Assembly (NCBI GenBank): GCA_963744995.1
Contig: CAVUWA010000010.1
Span: forward strand, 512,001-576,000
DNA length: 64,000 nt
DNA from: Candidatus Eiseniibacteriota bacterium
Lineage (GTDB): Bacteria; Eisenbacteria; RBG-16-71-46
Reading direction: 5' to 3'
The notes under the pieces are model-generated. The model saw only the letters and a list, made by a program, of their open reading frames with translations. It was not told the origin of the DNA and made no database searches. The position numbers were made by a program, and so were the translations under genes. Within the stretch, counting starts at the first letter, position 1, and every line of letters begins with the position of its first letter. This document shows, in pieces, positions 1 to 11,398 of the stretch.

Positions 1-61
1 CTGACCGCGGCGCGCCCGGCCCCGGGCGGCACGACGGCGAGCCCCCGGGCCTCGATGAGGT

Positions 62-1267
62 TCACGACCCTTCCGGGTCCGGCGCTCCCGACGTCGCCCC
101 CGCGGTCCATGCCTCGATCGCGGCCTGTGACACTTCGCGCAGCGGGCGGCCGGCGCGCTCCGAGACTTCGCGCACCGACTCGAATTCCGGCACCGGGCGC
201 TCGCCGCCCTCGGGCAGCGTGGCGACCTTCACGCGTACCCGGCCGAAGGCGGTCGGCACCTCCACGATCCGGCGCTCGAGCTCGAAGCGCTCCTCGGTCC
301 GAACCCGCACCCCGAGGGTCGACGTCTCGCGCATCATGAGCCCCGCGAGCTTCTCCGCCTGAGCAGGCTCGGCGACCACGACCAGCATCGTGCCCGGACG
401 GCCCTTCTTCATGACGGTCGGCACCCACATCGCGTCGAGCGCACCCGCCGCGAGCAGTCGCGGCACCAGCGCCGCGACGAACTGCGGATTCTCGTCGTCC
501 ACCGAGGTCTCCAGCACCGCGACCCGGCGCCGCGCGAGGATCGATACCTCAGCCTCCCCGAGCATCAGCCGCAGGACGTTCGGCTGCTCGGCGAGTTCGC
601 GGCTCCCGGCCCCGGTTCCGACCCGGGCCAGGCGGTAGGCGGGCGGCGCGGCCCAGTCCTGGACCAGCGTCGCCAGCAGCGCCGCGCCGGTCGGCGTCAC
701 CAGCTCGGCCTGGACCGCCGAGGGCACGACCGGCACGCCGCGCAACAGGTACGCGGTGGCCGGCGCCGGCACCGGGATCTTCCCGTGCTGCGACATCACC
801 CAGCCGCCCCCGAGCGGCAGCGGCGACGCGAACACGCGCTCGATCCCCAGCGCATGGAGCCCCGCCACCGCACCCACGACGTCCACCAGCGCGTCGGCCG
901 CGCCGACCTCGTGAAAGTGCACCTTTTCGACGGTCGAGCCGTGGACCTCGGCCTCGGCCTCGGCCAGCCGCCGGAACACCGCGTGCGCGCGTTCCTTCAC
1001 CGCGAACGGGAAGTCGGCGGCGTCGATGAGCGCGTCGACGTGGTGCAGGTGGCGATGCGGCTGCTTCGTCTCCGCCACCTCCACGTCCACCTTGGTGGCT
1101 GCGAACGGGCCGCGCCGGACCGGGTGGACGAGGACCTTCACGTGCTCGAGGCGCAGCCGGGCCGGCAGGGCCATGACCTCCGCGGCCGGCCAGCCGGCCG
1201 ACACCAGGGCGCCGAGGCACATGTCCCCGCTGATTCCCGAGAAGCAGTCGAAATAGGCGATCCGCAT
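62..1267 (-). CDS. larC: Nickel-pincer cofactor Ni-insertion protein LarC
   Basis: Start refined to MRIAYFDCFSGISGDM; His-rich PHRHLHH, HFHEVGAADALVDVVG, ELVTPTGAA, MKKGRPG, ETSTLGVR, PEFE motifs. Confidence 0.93.
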   Translation of the reverse strand: MRIAYFDCFSGISGDMCLGALVSAGWPAAEVMALPARLRLEHVKVLVHPVRRGPFAATKVDVEVAETKQPHRHLHHVDALIDAADFPFAVKERAHAVFRRLAEAEAEVHGSTVEKVHFHEVGAADALVDVVGAVAGLHALGIERVFASPLPLGGGWVMSQHGKIPVPAPATAYLLRGVPVVPSAVQAELVTPTGAALLATLVQDWAAPPAYRLARVGTGAGSRELAEQPNVLRLMLGEAEVSILARRRVAVLETSVDDENPQFVAALVPRLLAAGALDAMWVPTVMKKGRPGTMLVVVAEPAQAEKLAGLMMRETSTLGVRVRTEERFELERRIVEVPTAFGRVRVKVATLPEGGERPVPEFESVREVSERAGRPLREVSQAAIEAWTAGATSGAPDPEGS

Positions 1268-1281
1268 CGAGTCCCCCGCGT

Positions 1282-2043
1282 TCAGCGCCCGCGCCGCGCG
1301 CCGCCGGCATTGATCAGGTGCGCCGCGTAGCCGGCGCCGAAACCGTTGTCCACGTTCACGACCGTGACCCCGGGCGCGCACGAATTCATCATCGACAGCA
1401 GCGGCGCGAGGCCGCCGAAGTGCGCGCCGTAACCGATTCGCGTCGGCACCGCGATCAACGGCCGGTCCACGAGACCGCCCACGACGCTCGGCAGCGCGCC
1501 TTCGAGTCCCGCCACCACCACCACCACGCGCGCGGCGCCGAGCCTGGCGCGATGCGCGAGCAGGCGGTGGAGCCCCGCCACACCGACGTCGGCCACCAGT
1601 TCCACGCGGCTGCCCATCGTACGCGCCGTCACCACGCACTCCTCGGCCACCGGGAGATCCGCGGTCCCCGCGCACAGCACCAGCACGTTGCCGCGCGCGC
1701 GTGGCATGCGGCGCGCGAGCACCACCGCGCGCGCGCGGTCGTGCACCTGCGCGCGCGGAAACGTCCGCGCGAGCACCGCGCGGGCCTCGTCGCCGACCCG
1801 CGTGGCGAGCACCAGCCCGTGCCGCGCATAGAGCCGCCGCACGATCGCCACCAGCTCCGGCGTGCGCTTGCCCTCGCCGAACACCACCTCGGGAAACCCC
1901 GAACGCAGCGTGCGTTCGTGATCGAGCGTCGCGAAGCCGAGGCGCTCCATCGGCGCCTGCCGGATCTGCTGCGCCGCCTCGGCAGGGCTCACCTTCCCGC
2001 GCCGCACGCGGCCGAGCAGTGCCTTCAGCTCATCCGGACGCAA
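1282..2043 (-). CDS. larB: Nickel-pincer cofactor biosynthesis carboxylase LarB (PurE-like)
   Basis: GFPEVVFGEGK, AGTADLPVAEE, DVGVAGLHRL, AGLEGALPSVVGGL, SCAPGVTVVNVDNGFGAG; adjacent to larC; TTG start overlapping the dusB stop. Confidence 0.93.
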   Translation of the reverse strand: MRPDELKALLGRVRRGKVSPAEAAQQIRQAPMERLGFATLDHERTLRSGFPEVVFGEGKRTPELVAIVRRLYARHGLVLATRVGDEARAVLARTFPRAQVHDRARAVVLARRMPRARGNVLVLCAGTADLPVAEECVVTARTMGSRVELVADVGVAGLHRLLAHRARLGAARVVVVVAGLEGALPSVVGGLVDRPLIAVPTRIGYGAHFGGLAPLLSMMNSCAPGVTVVNVDNGFGAGYAAHLINAGGARRGR

Positions 2044-3094
2044 CGGCGGTTCCGTGCGGCGCGTCGCCGGCCCCGGCGGGATCGTCCACGCCCCCCGCGG
2101 GCGGAGCCTCGCCGAGGCGCCTGAGCGCTTCGAGATAGGCGGCGAGCAGCTCGGTCATCTCTTCGACGGAGCGGGTCTGATTGATGCGCTCGCGCACCTG
2201 GTGGCTGCGCGGCAGACCCTTCACGTACCAGGCGACGTGCTTGCGCATCTCGCGCGCCGCAAGGCCCGGCCCCACGGCCTCGACCATCATGTCGAGGTGC
2301 TTGAGGCCCGCTTCGAGCCGCTCGATCGGCGTCGGCATCGGCAGCACTTCGCCGCGTTCGTGGTACGCGCGCACGCGGCGGAAGATCCAGGGATCGCCGA
2401 ACGCGGCACGCCCCATCATCACCGCGTCGCAGCCGGTCGTATCGAGCATCCGCAGGGCGTCCCCGGCCGAGCGCACGTCGCCGTTGCCGATCACCGGAAT
2501 GCCGACCGCCTTCTTCGCCTCGCCGATCATCTCCCAGTGCGCCTGCCCCTCGAACTTCTCGGCGCGGGTGCGCGCATGGATCGCCACCGCCTGCGCCCCG
2601 GCGCCCTCCAGCACCTTGCAGACCTCGACCACGTTCCGGGACTGGCCATCCCAGCCGAGACGGATCTTCGCGGTCACGGGCACCGTGCTGACCGCGGCCA
2701 TCCGGTTCACGATCGCGTGGATGCGCGGCGGTTCGTTGAGCAGTGCGGCGCCGGCCCTGCGGTTCACGACCTTGCGCACCGGGCAGCCCATGTTGATGTC
2801 GATGAGGTCGGGGCGCTGCCCGTCCGGAAGATCGCAGAGCACCCGCGTCGCGTCGGCCATGATCGCCGGATCGGAGCCGAACAGCTGAATGCCGATCGGA
2901 CGCTCGTGCGGTTCGAACGCGCACAGCTCGAACGTCGGCCGGCTGCCGCGCACCAGCCCGTCCGCCGACACCATTTCCGTATAGACCAGCCCCGCGCCCT
3001 GCTCGCGCGCCAGCCGGCGGAACGGCGAATCGCTCACGCCCGCGAGCGGGGCGAGCATGAACGGCGTCTCGATGGGGACGTTTCCGATGGGCAT
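2030..3094 (-). CDS. dusB: tRNA-dihydrouridine synthase DusB
   Basis: LAPLAGVSDSPFR, IDINMGCPVRKV, AKIRLGW, HART, GNGDV, MGRAAFGDPWIF; start taken at MPIGNVP. Confidence 0.92.
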   Translation of the reverse strand: MPIGNVPIETPFMLAPLAGVSDSPFRRLAREQGAGLVYTEMVSADGLVRGSRPTFELCAFEPHERPIGIQLFGSDPAIMADATRVLCDLPDGQRPDLIDINMGCPVRKVVNRRAGAALLNEPPRIHAIVNRMAAVSTVPVTAKIRLGWDGQSRNVVEVCKVLEGAGAQAVAIHARTRAEKFEGQAHWEMIGEAKKAVGIPVIGNGDVRSAGDALRMLDTTGCDAVMMGRAAFGDPWIFRRVRAYHERGEVLPMPTPIERLEAGLKHLDMMVEAVGPGLAAREMRKHVAWYVKGLPRSHQVRERINQTRSVEEMTELLAAYLEALRRLGEAPPAGGVDDPAGAGDAPHGTAVASG

Positions 3095-3202
3095 GGCGTT
3101 CCTGCGGGACGGGTTTGGGACCGGGCCGGGAAGCATGCCAGAGCCCCGCGGCGGGTGTCCATCCGGCGCAAGGCAGGGGCCCCCCGTCGGTCCGACCTGA
3201 GT

Positions 3203-3883
3203 TCAGCCCCCCTGGGGCGCGCTCCCCGACCCCGCCACCGAGCGCGCCCAGGCGGCGACCTCCGCGAAGTCCGCGATCGCGTGCACGGGAATGCCCTGGC
3301 GCCGGCACCATTCGAGCAGCGCGCCGCGCGCCAGCACGAGGTCGGCCACGCGCGCGCCGCAGCGGTCCGAGAGCCCGTCGCCGACCAGCACCGTGCGAAA
3401 GCCCTCGGCGCGCAGCCGGGCCACGTGCTGCGCCTTGCAGTTACCGCATGCACCGCAGCCCGCGGCGCCCCACGGGAACTCGGGGATCACCCGGCTCCCC
3501 TCGAACCGCAGCCGGTTGGCGGCGAACGGCAGATCGGCGAGCCCCGCGCGGGCGAGATGGTCGGCCACGTAGAACTCGAAGCCCTCGCTCACCACCAGCA
3601 CGCGCTCGCCGCGGGCCTCCGCTTCCGCCACGAACGGCGCGAAGTGCGGGTCCAGCTCGAAGCGGCGCACGAACGCCAGGGCCTCGTCGCGCTCCACGCG
3701 CATGAGCTCGCACTCGGCGATCGTGAGCTCACGGTGGCCGAGAGCGCCCGACATCCAGCGCTCGAGCAGCGCCGCGCGTTCCCCGTCACGCCCGTCCGAG
3801 AAGCGCTTCACGAGTGCGGCACCGATGTCCCGCGGGGAGATCGTGCCGTCGAAGTCGCAGAGGTACGCGGTGCGGCCGGTCAC
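3203..3883 (-). CDS. HAD-IB family phosphatase (MtnX-like)
   Basis: CDFDGTIS motif I, VVSEG, CGACGNCKA, VGDGLSDRC; GTG start overlaps the ctpA stop (GTGA). Confidence 0.8.
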   Translation of the reverse strand: MTGRTAYLCDFDGTISPRDIGAALVKRFSDGRDGERAALLERWMSGALGHRELTIAECELMRVERDEALAFVRRFELDPHFAPFVAEAEARGERVLVVSEGFEFYVADHLARAGLADLPFAANRLRFEGSRVIPEFPWGAAGCGACGNCKAQHVARLRAEGFRTVLVGDGLSDRCGARVADLVLARGALLEWCRRQGIPVHAIADFAEVAAWARSVAGSGSAPQGG

Positions 3884-5475
3884 TCGCCGGCGGCGCGCCG
3901 CTCCGGCACGTCCGCATCGCTGGAAATGCCGGCGAACACGTCGGCGGGCCTGCGTGCCCCGGTCAGGATCCGGTGGGCGCGCTGGAACGCCGCATCTTCC
4001 TCGAGCACGACCCGCGCCGCGGCGGCGTCGCCGCCGAGCCGGCGTGCGAGTTCGCGCCGGATGGCGCGTGCGATCATCGGCCGCTGCGCGTCGAAGGCCG
4101 CGACGTCGACCGAATCGTTCTCGCCCTGCACGAACGCCTTGAATGCGCTCCACTGCTCCGCGGGCACCCGCTTCTCGATCGTCGTCACGTCGTGCGTGTT
4201 GATCCAGCGGTTGGCGAAGCGGAACGGCAGGCCGAGCTGCTCGACCTGCATCACCACCGGCGGCAGCGAGTCGAGCGGCACCTCGACGTCCGGCGTGATG
4301 CCGCCGCCACCGTAGACCGTGCGCCCGTCGGCGGTGTGGAACACGGGCCGCGACGCGGTCGAATCTCCGGGCGTCTCTTCCTCTTCCTCGTCCTCGTAGG
4401 CGACGTGATGCGCGCCGGCGCGGTCCTGGCGGTGGATCGAACGGCCGCTCGGCGTGTAGTAGAGCGCCGTCGTGAGCTTCAGGGCCGCCTTGTCGCCCGC
4501 CAGCGGGAACAGGCTCTGCACCGAGCCCTTGCCGAAGCTGGTGCGGCCGACGACGAGGCCGCGATCGGTGTCCTGCAGCGCGCCGGCGACGATCTCCGAC
4601 GCGGACGCCGTGCCGCCGTCCACCAGCACGACCAGCGGCCAGCGGGTCTCGGGGTTGCGTTCGTTGGCGAAGTAGCGGTGGTCCTGCTCGCGGATGCGGC
4701 CATCGGTGTAGACGATCAGCGTGCCGCGCGGCAGGAACTGCTCGGCCACGTCGACGGCCTGATCGAGCAGGCCTCCGGGATTCATGCGCAGATCGAGCAC
4801 CAGGCTCCTGGCGCCATCCTTGCGCAGCTGCGCCATTGCCTCGCGGGTCTCCTCGCCGGTCTTCTCGGAGAAGCTCGCGAGCCTCAGGTAGCCGACGCGA
4901 TCATCGGTCACGAACGCGTACGGCACCGCCTTGGTCTCGATGATCCGGCGCTCGAGCTTCACGTCGCGCTCGCTGGACTGACCCTCGCGGCGCAGGGTGA
5001 CCGTCACCGTGGTCCCCGGCTTGCCGCGCAGCTTGTCGGCGGCGTCCTCGACCGAGATGTCGTAGCTCGATTTGCCGTCGATCTTGACGATGATGTCGCC
5101 GGAGGCGAGGCCGGCCTCCCAGGCGGGCGAGCCTTCGATCGGCGAGATCACCGTCGGGTAGCGGTTGCGGATGCTCACGACGATGCCGATCCCGCCGAAT
5201 TCGCCGTGCGTGACCGTCGTCAGCTGCGCGTAGGACTTCTCGTCGAGGTACTGCGAGTAGGGGTCGAGCTCCTTGAGCATCCCGCGCAGTGCGCCGTCGA
5301 CGAGCTGGTGCGGGTCCACCGGGTCGACGTAGCTGTCCTCGACGCGGTTCAGGACCTCGACGAACGTGTCGAGGTTCCCGTACATGTCGTTCGAAGCCTT
5401 GCCGCGGCCGACCCACCAGCCGAGACCGAACAGCACGACGAACGCGATGCCGAGCAGCAGACGCCGACGATTCAA
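3880..5475 (-). CDS. ctpA: S41 carboxyl-terminal processing protease with PDZ domain
   Basis: N-terminal TM, LDPYSQY, GIGI PDZ motif, DLRMNPGGLL, TASASEIVAGALQD, SFGKGSVQ, GGITPD; TTG start after GGAGG. Confidence 0.92.
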   Translation of the reverse strand: MNRRRLLLGIAFVVLFGLGWWVGRGKASNDMYGNLDTFVEVLNRVEDSYVDPVDPHQLVDGALRGMLKELDPYSQYLDEKSYAQLTTVTHGEFGGIGIVVSIRNRYPTVISPIEGSPAWEAGLASGDIIVKIDGKSSYDISVEDAADKLRGKPGTTVTVTLRREGQSSERDVKLERRIIETKAVPYAFVTDDRVGYLRLASFSEKTGEETREAMAQLRKDGARSLVLDLRMNPGGLLDQAVDVAEQFLPRGTLIVYTDGRIREQDHRYFANERNPETRWPLVVLVDGGTASASEIVAGALQDTDRGLVVGRTSFGKGSVQSLFPLAGDKAALKLTTALYYTPSGRSIHRQDRAGAHHVAYEDEEEEETPGDSTASRPVFHTADGRTVYGGGGITPDVEVPLDSLPPVVMQVEQLGLPFRFANRWINTHDVTTIEKRVPAEQWSAFKAFVQGENDSVDVAAFDAQRPMIARAIRRELARRLGGDAAAARVVLEEDAAFQRAHRILTGARRPADVFAGISSDADVPERRAAGE

Positions 5476-5582
5476 GTGTCCTCCAGCGCTCCGGCCCGAT
5501 GGGCCCGCGAAGCTCTCCGCGGCGCCCCCGCGCGCCACGCATGTGTTCGTTTCGACGCGCGCCGGCGTCGCGGGAAGCGCGG

Positions 5583-5591
5583 AATATAGCA
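5583..5591 (-). promoter_or_regulatory. Putative extended -10 element (TG-C-TATATT) upstream of ctpA
   Basis: Minus strand reads TGTGCTATATT, an AT-rich patch about 110 bp upstream of the ctpA start; no clear -35. Confidence 0.4.
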
Positions 5592-5653
5592 CAGGGTTTC
5601 GGCGCTTCCGCTCGGCGCGGCCAGCCCGAACCGGCCAACACGGCACCCGGGCG

Positions 5654-6307
5654 TCAGGACTTTGGCAACCCTGCGCCGATCGCCCGCAGCCGCGTCTCGA
5701 GAACCTCCCAGGCATGGCGCTCGAGGTCGGCCTCGGGCTCGGTCGCGTCCAGCACCACGAAGCGTTCGGGGCGGGCCGCCGCCAGTTCGAGAAAGCGCGC
5801 CCGCACGCGCTCGTGGAACGCGCGCGACTCACGGTCGAGGCGGTTCATCTCCCGGCCCGATCCGCTGCGTCGCTCGAGTCCGCGCCCGGGATCGATGTCG
5901 TAGAGCAGTGTGAGATCGGGCACGAGACCGCCGGTCGCAATGCGGTTGAGCGTCGCCAGCATGTCCGGGTCGAGTCCGCGCCCGGCCCCCTGATAGGCCA
6001 GCGTCGAGTCATCGTACCGGTCGCAGAGGATCACGCGTCCCGCCGCGAGCGCCGGTCGCAGCACGCGGGCGACGAGATCGGCACGCGCCGCTTCCATGAG
6101 CAGCGCCTCGGCGAGCGGCTCGGGCGCACCGCCCGGATCGAGCAGCACGTCGCGCACCCGCTCGGCCAGCGGCGTGCCACCCGGCTCGCGCGTGCGCAGC
6201 GGCGCGATGCCGGCCGCCTCGAGGCGCGCTGCGAGCCGCGCGATCTGCGTGGACTTTCCGGAGCCTTCGCCGCCTTCGAAGGTGACGAACAGACCGCGTG
6301 CGTTCAT
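5654..6307 (-). CDS. tmk: Thymidylate kinase
   Basis: FVTFEGGEGSGKSTQ P-loop, TREPGGT, CDRYDDSTLAYQG, PDLTLLYD. Confidence 0.95.
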   Translation of the reverse strand: MNARGLFVTFEGGEGSGKSTQIARLAARLEAAGIAPLRTREPGGTPLAERVRDVLLDPGGAPEPLAEALLMEAARADLVARVLRPALAAGRVILCDRYDDSTLAYQGAGRGLDPDMLATLNRIATGGLVPDLTLLYDIDPGRGLERRSGSGREMNRLDRESRAFHERVRARFLELAAARPERFVVLDATEPEADLERHAWEVLETRLRAIGAGLPKS

Positions 6308-6415
6308 CGGCCCTCCCGGCCGCGATTCGGAACGGCCGGCGCGCGGCGGACGCCCGAAACGCCCGCCCGATACGCGCCGGCCGTGGACGGCGATCGCCTC
6401 ACGCGACCGCCGGGC

Positions 6416-7678
<1,263 letters not shown>

Positions 7679-7690
7679 GGGTAAGGCCTC

Positions 7691-8413
7691 CTATGGATCC
7701 AGTCCCGCACCGCGGGTGTTCTTGTGAACGTGAGTCATGCGCTGCAGCGTCGTCACGAACGACATGATCGTGAGGATCAGCAGCGCCCACGGCATGACCG
7801 GGCCGACGCCGAAGAGCCCGGCCACGATCAGCAGCACCAGGCGCTCCGGCCGCTCGAACCAGCCGACCTTGCAGTCGAGCCCGAGCCCTTCGGCGCGCGC
7901 CCGCGTATACGACACCATCAGTGAACCGATCAGCGCGAGCATCGCGAGCAGGGCCACGAGCGCCCAGGTCCGCGGCTCGATGCCACGGTCGAAATCCTCC
8001 ATCACGCGGATCGGATCGGTCGGCAGCTGCACGAGATTCGCGATGTAGAACCCGGCGATGCCGAGCAGCAGCACGGCGTCCGAGAGCCGGTCGAGCGTGG
8101 AGTCGAGGAACGCGCCGAAGCGCGAGGTCGCCCCGCGGGCCCGGGCGATCTGGCCGTCCATGATGTCGCACAGCCCGCTCAGAATCGCGATCCCGGCGCC
8201 GATCCTGAACAGGCCTTCGAAGAAGGCGAGCGCCGCGGCCATGCTGAGCCAGAAGCCGAGCCACGTCACGTGATCGGGCTGGACGCCGAGCGCGTGCAGG
8301 CGCCGGGCGGGCGGTCCGAAAATCGCCCGAGCCAGCTGCCGCAGCCGATCCTTCATCCTCGCCTGCCCTTCGGAACGCGGCGCGCCGGCGGCGGTGAACG
8401 GCGCTCCGCTCAT
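7691..8413 (-). CDS. CDP-alcohol phosphatidyltransferase (phosphatidylinositol-phosphate synthase-like)
   Basis: DIMDGQIAR..GAFLDSTLDRLSD signature, SYTRARAE, ERPER; directly upstream of ino1; alternative start 8356. Confidence 0.85.
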   Translation of the reverse strand: MSGAPFTAAGAPRSEGQARMKDRLRQLARAIFGPPARRLHALGVQPDHVTWLGFWLSMAAALAFFEGLFRIGAGIAILSGLCDIMDGQIARARGATSRFGAFLDSTLDRLSDAVLLLGIAGFYIANLVQLPTDPIRVMEDFDRGIEPRTWALVALLAMLALIGSLMVSYTRARAEGLGLDCKVGWFERPERLVLLIVAGLFGVGPVMPWALLILTIMSFVTTLQRMTHVHKNTRGAGLDP

Positions 8414-9174
8414 CGTCCGTCTCCGCGCATCTTCCTGTGTTTCGCCTCCCGCCTCGAGAGGCCGCTCAGCACCAGAACCATTTCACCCCTGCGCTTGTCC
8501 GCGGTCAACGCCGCACGCACCTCGGCGGCCGTCCCGCGCAGCACTTCCTCGTGCGCCTTCGTCAATTCGCGGGCGAGCGCGATCGGGCGCTCGCCCCACA
8601 CCGCTTCCAGATCGTCGAGGCACCGCTCGATGCGATGCGGCGACTCGAACACCACCACCGTCTCCCGCCGGGTGCTCAGCTCGGTGAGCCGGTTCACCCG
8701 CGCCCCCGGACGCGGCGGCAGGAACCCCGCGAACGTGAAGGCGTCCGTGGGCAGGCCGCTGACCTGCAGCGCCGCGATTACCGCGCTCGCGCCCGGCACG
8801 CTTTCGACCGCGAGACCGGCCTCGATCACCGCGCGCACCAGCGGAAACCCGGGATCGCTCACGCCGGGCGAGCCCGCGTCGGTCACGATCGCGATCGTCG
8901 CCCCATTCTCGAGCCGCTTCACGAACGCCGGACTCCTCGCCCGCTCGTTGTGCTCGAACAGCTTCGTCACGGGAGTGTCGATGCCGAAATGGTCGAGCAG
9001 CCGGCGCGTGCGGCGCGTGTCCTCCGCGGCGATCAGGTCGACCGCGGCCAGCACGTCCAGCGCCCGCCGCGTGATGTCGCCCAGATGACCGATCGGCGTG
9101 GCGACCAGGTACAGTGTTCCGGGCGCCACGATGCGGCTGGACTCGCTCAACTCCGCACCCCGCGTGCGCGACAT
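8410..9174 (-). CDS. rsmI: 16S rRNA (cytidine1402-2'-O)-methyltransferase RsmI
   Basis: LYLVATPIGHLGDIT, AEDTR, DAGSPGVSDPG, FESPHR, RELTKAHEE; start uncertain. Confidence 0.93.
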   Translation of the reverse strand: MSRTRGAELSESSRIVAPGTLYLVATPIGHLGDITRRALDVLAAVDLIAAEDTRRTRRLLDHFGIDTPVTKLFEHNERARSPAFVKRLENGATIAIVTDAGSPGVSDPGFPLVRAVIEAGLAVESVPGASAVIAALQVSGLPTDAFTFAGFLPPRPGARVNRLTELSTRRETVVVFESPHRIERCLDDLEAVWGERPIALARELTKAHEEVLRGTAAEVRAALTADKRRGEMVLVLSGLSRREAKHRKMRGDGR

Positions 9175-9253
9175 CCGGTGCACGCCTCCCCCGTCCCGAA
9201 GAGCCGCCGCACGGTAGCACGGCCCCTGGGTGTCGTCCATCCTCGCGCCGCGC

Positions 9254-10327
9254 TCAGGCGCGCGCTCCGCGTGCAAGTGCGGCATGATCACCGAGAACGG
9301 CGTGGAACGCGGCGATGGCGCGCTCGATCCCGTCGTCGTCCACGTCGAGATGGGCGACCGCCCGCAGCCGCCGCGCGTCGAACGCCGGCACCCGGACGCC
9401 GCGCGCCTCCAGCGCTTCGGCCAGCGCCTCGCCGCCGAGCCCCGGATCGGTGAGCTCGATCATGACGATGTTGGTGTCGGGCTCGGGCACATGAATGCCG
9501 GGGGCGCCGGCGAGCCCCGCCGCGAGGCGGCGCGCGCGGCGATGGTCGTCGGCCAGGCGCTCGACGTGGGCGTCGAGGGCGTACAGGCACGCCGCCGCCA
9601 GTACGCCGGCCTGGCGCATCGCTCCGCCGAGGCGCTTGCGATGACGCCGGGCGGCGCGGATCGTCTTCGCTTCGCCCACGAGGATCGAACCCACGGGCGC
9701 GCCGAGCCCCTTCGAGAAGCACATCATCACGGTGTCGGCGATCCCCGCCCAGTCGCGGATCGGAATACCGGTCGCGACGCTCGCGTTCCACAGTCGGGCC
9801 CCGTCCAGATGGACGGCAAGGCCCGCCGCGCGTGCGGTCTTCCCGAAACGTGCGAGCGGCTCGAAGGGCACGACGCGGCCGCCGTGCCGGTTGTGCGTGT
9901 TCTCGACGCAGGCGAGGGTGAGCGGCGCGACGTGCTCGTCCACGTGGCGGCCGACCGTGAGACGCTCGATGAGATCCGCGGGCGGGGTGCCGCGCTCGCT
10001 CGCGTAGATGTGGGCGAGCGCGCCCGCGTTCGCGGCGACCCCGCCCTGCTCGTAGCGGAAGATGTGCGAATCCGCTTCCAGCAGCACTTCATCGCCCGGC
10101 CGCGTGTGCGCCATGACCGCGATCTGATTCCCCATCGTGCCGCTCGGCACGTAGACCGCGGCTGCCTTGCCGCTGAGTTCGGCGACCCGCGCTTCGAGCG
10201 CGCGCACGGTCGGGTCGTCACCGAAGACGTCGTCCCCGACCTCGGCCCGCAGCATCGCTTCGAGCATCGCGGGCGTGGGTCGGGTGACGGTATCGGAGCG
10301 CAGATCGACGGCGGTGGTCGTGGTCAT
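9254..10327 (-). CDS. ltaE: Low-specificity L-threonine aldolase
   Basis: DLRSDTVT, GDDVFGDDPT, SGTMGN, ENTHN, HLDGARLWNA, CFSKGLGAPVGS (PLP lysine). Confidence 0.92.
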   Translation of the reverse strand: MTTTTAVDLRSDTVTRPTPAMLEAMLRAEVGDDVFGDDPTVRALEARVAELSGKAAAVYVPSGTMGNQIAVMAHTRPGDEVLLEADSHIFRYEQGGVAANAGALAHIYASERGTPPADLIERLTVGRHVDEHVAPLTLACVENTHNRHGGRVVPFEPLARFGKTARAAGLAVHLDGARLWNASVATGIPIRDWAGIADTVMMCFSKGLGAPVGSILVGEAKTIRAARRHRKRLGGAMRQAGVLAAACLYALDAHVERLADDHRRARRLAAGLAGAPGIHVPEPDTNIVMIELTDPGLGGEALAEALEARGVRVPAFDARRLRAVAHLDVDDDGIERAIAAFHAVLGDHAALARGARA

Positions 10328-10614
10328 GACGGCTTCGCAGGGGGTGGAAACGGCGCTGCCCCCGGGCCGGTCGCCCGGGCGTGGTGTTGCGCAGTCTAGA
10401 GGACGCGGTCCGCGACCGGAAACCCGAACGCGCAGGCCCGGTCTGCGCGGACGCCGCGCCGCATCTGACGATGTCCTGACACACCCTCCGCGTCCGTTCG
10501 GCCGTGGTAATCTCCGGCCCGACTGCCGCATCTCAAGGCGTGACCGTGGCGGACCCCGGGCCACCGGAAGCGGGCCCGGAGGTGCGTCTGCAGCACCCTC
10601 CCAAGGAGAATCCG

Positions 10615-11310
10615 ATGCCGTTCCTGTTCTTCGACCCGACCTTCATCCTGCTGATCCCGGCGATGATCTTCGCCTTCTGGGCGCAGTGGAAGGTGCAGCA
10701 CACCTACGCCCAGATGTCGAAGGTGCGCGCTTCGAACGGGATGACCGGCCAGAGCGTCGCGCGCGCGATCATGACCCAGAACGGCGTGACCGACGTGAAG
10801 ATCGAGGCCGTGGGCGGGACCCTCAGCGACCACTACGACCCGCGCGTGAAGTCGGTGCGCCTCTCGCAGCCGATCTACGCCGGCGATTCGATCGCGTCGG
10901 TGGCGGTGGCGGCGCACGAGGTCGGGCACGTGCTGCAGCACGCGCAGGGCTATTTCCCGCTGCAGATCCGCAGCACGCTGGCGCCGGTCGCCGGTTTCGG
11001 CAGCATGCTGGCATTCCCGCTGTTCTTCATCGGCTTCATCTTCGCCAGTCCGCAGCTCTCGTGGCTGATGGACCTCGGCATCATGTTCTTCACCGGCGCG
11101 GTGATCTTCCATCTGGTCACCCTTCCGGTGGAATTCGACGCTTCGAAACGCGCGCTCGTCCAGCTCACCCAGGGCGGCACGCTGGGTCCCGAAGAGGTCG
11201 GCAAGGCCAAGAAAGTGCTCGATGCGGCGGCGCTGACGTACGTTGCGGCCGCGGCCATGGCGGCGCTTCAGCTGCTGCGACTGATCGTCCTTCGCAACGC
11301 CCGGGACTGA
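10615..11310 (+). CDS. YugP-like membrane neutral zinc metallopeptidase
   Basis: LSDHYDP, AAHEVGH (HExxH), TLPVEFDASKRA, AALTYVAA; AAGGAG RBS before ATG 10615. Confidence 0.88.
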   Translation: MPFLFFDPTFILLIPAMIFAFWAQWKVQHTYAQMSKVRASNGMTGQSVARAIMTQNGVTDVKIEAVGGTLSDHYDPRVKSVRLSQPIYAGDSIASVAVAAHEVGHVLQHAQGYFPLQIRSTLAPVAGFGSMLAFPLFFIGFIFASPQLSWLMDLGIMFFTGAVIFHLVTLPVEFDASKRALVQLTQGGTLGPEEVGKAKKVLDAAALTYVAAAAMAALQLLRLIVLRNARD

Positions 11311-11334
11311 TCGGACTCGGGCGGCACAGAACGA

Positions 11335-11362
11335 AACGGGGTGAGCTTCGGCTCACCCCGTT
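11335..11362. terminator. Likely bidirectional terminator hairpin
   Basis: AACGGGGTGAGC-TTCG-GCTCACCCCGTT, perfect 12-bp stem with UUCG loop, between convergent genes. Confidence 0.8.
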
Positions 11363-11398
11363 ACTCTTTCAGGACTTGCGGCGCCGGAGCGCGGCCGG

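Noticed and set aside
1268..1675. Apparent N-terminal extension of LarC (similar extensions on ctpA, tsaD, cutA, alkA, porA, rnfD, rnfG, rnfB in the ORF track)
   Set aside because: These overlap neighbouring real genes; internal starts with RBS or stop-start overlaps give family-typical N-termini.
2054..4315. 753-aa plus-strand ORF and the many other long antisense or alternate-frame ORFs (e.g. 12960-15095, 18026-20758, 35856-38954, 51888-53897)
   Set aside because: They lie opposite genes with clear family motifs, have no motifs of their own, and are expected shadow ORFs in very high-GC DNA.
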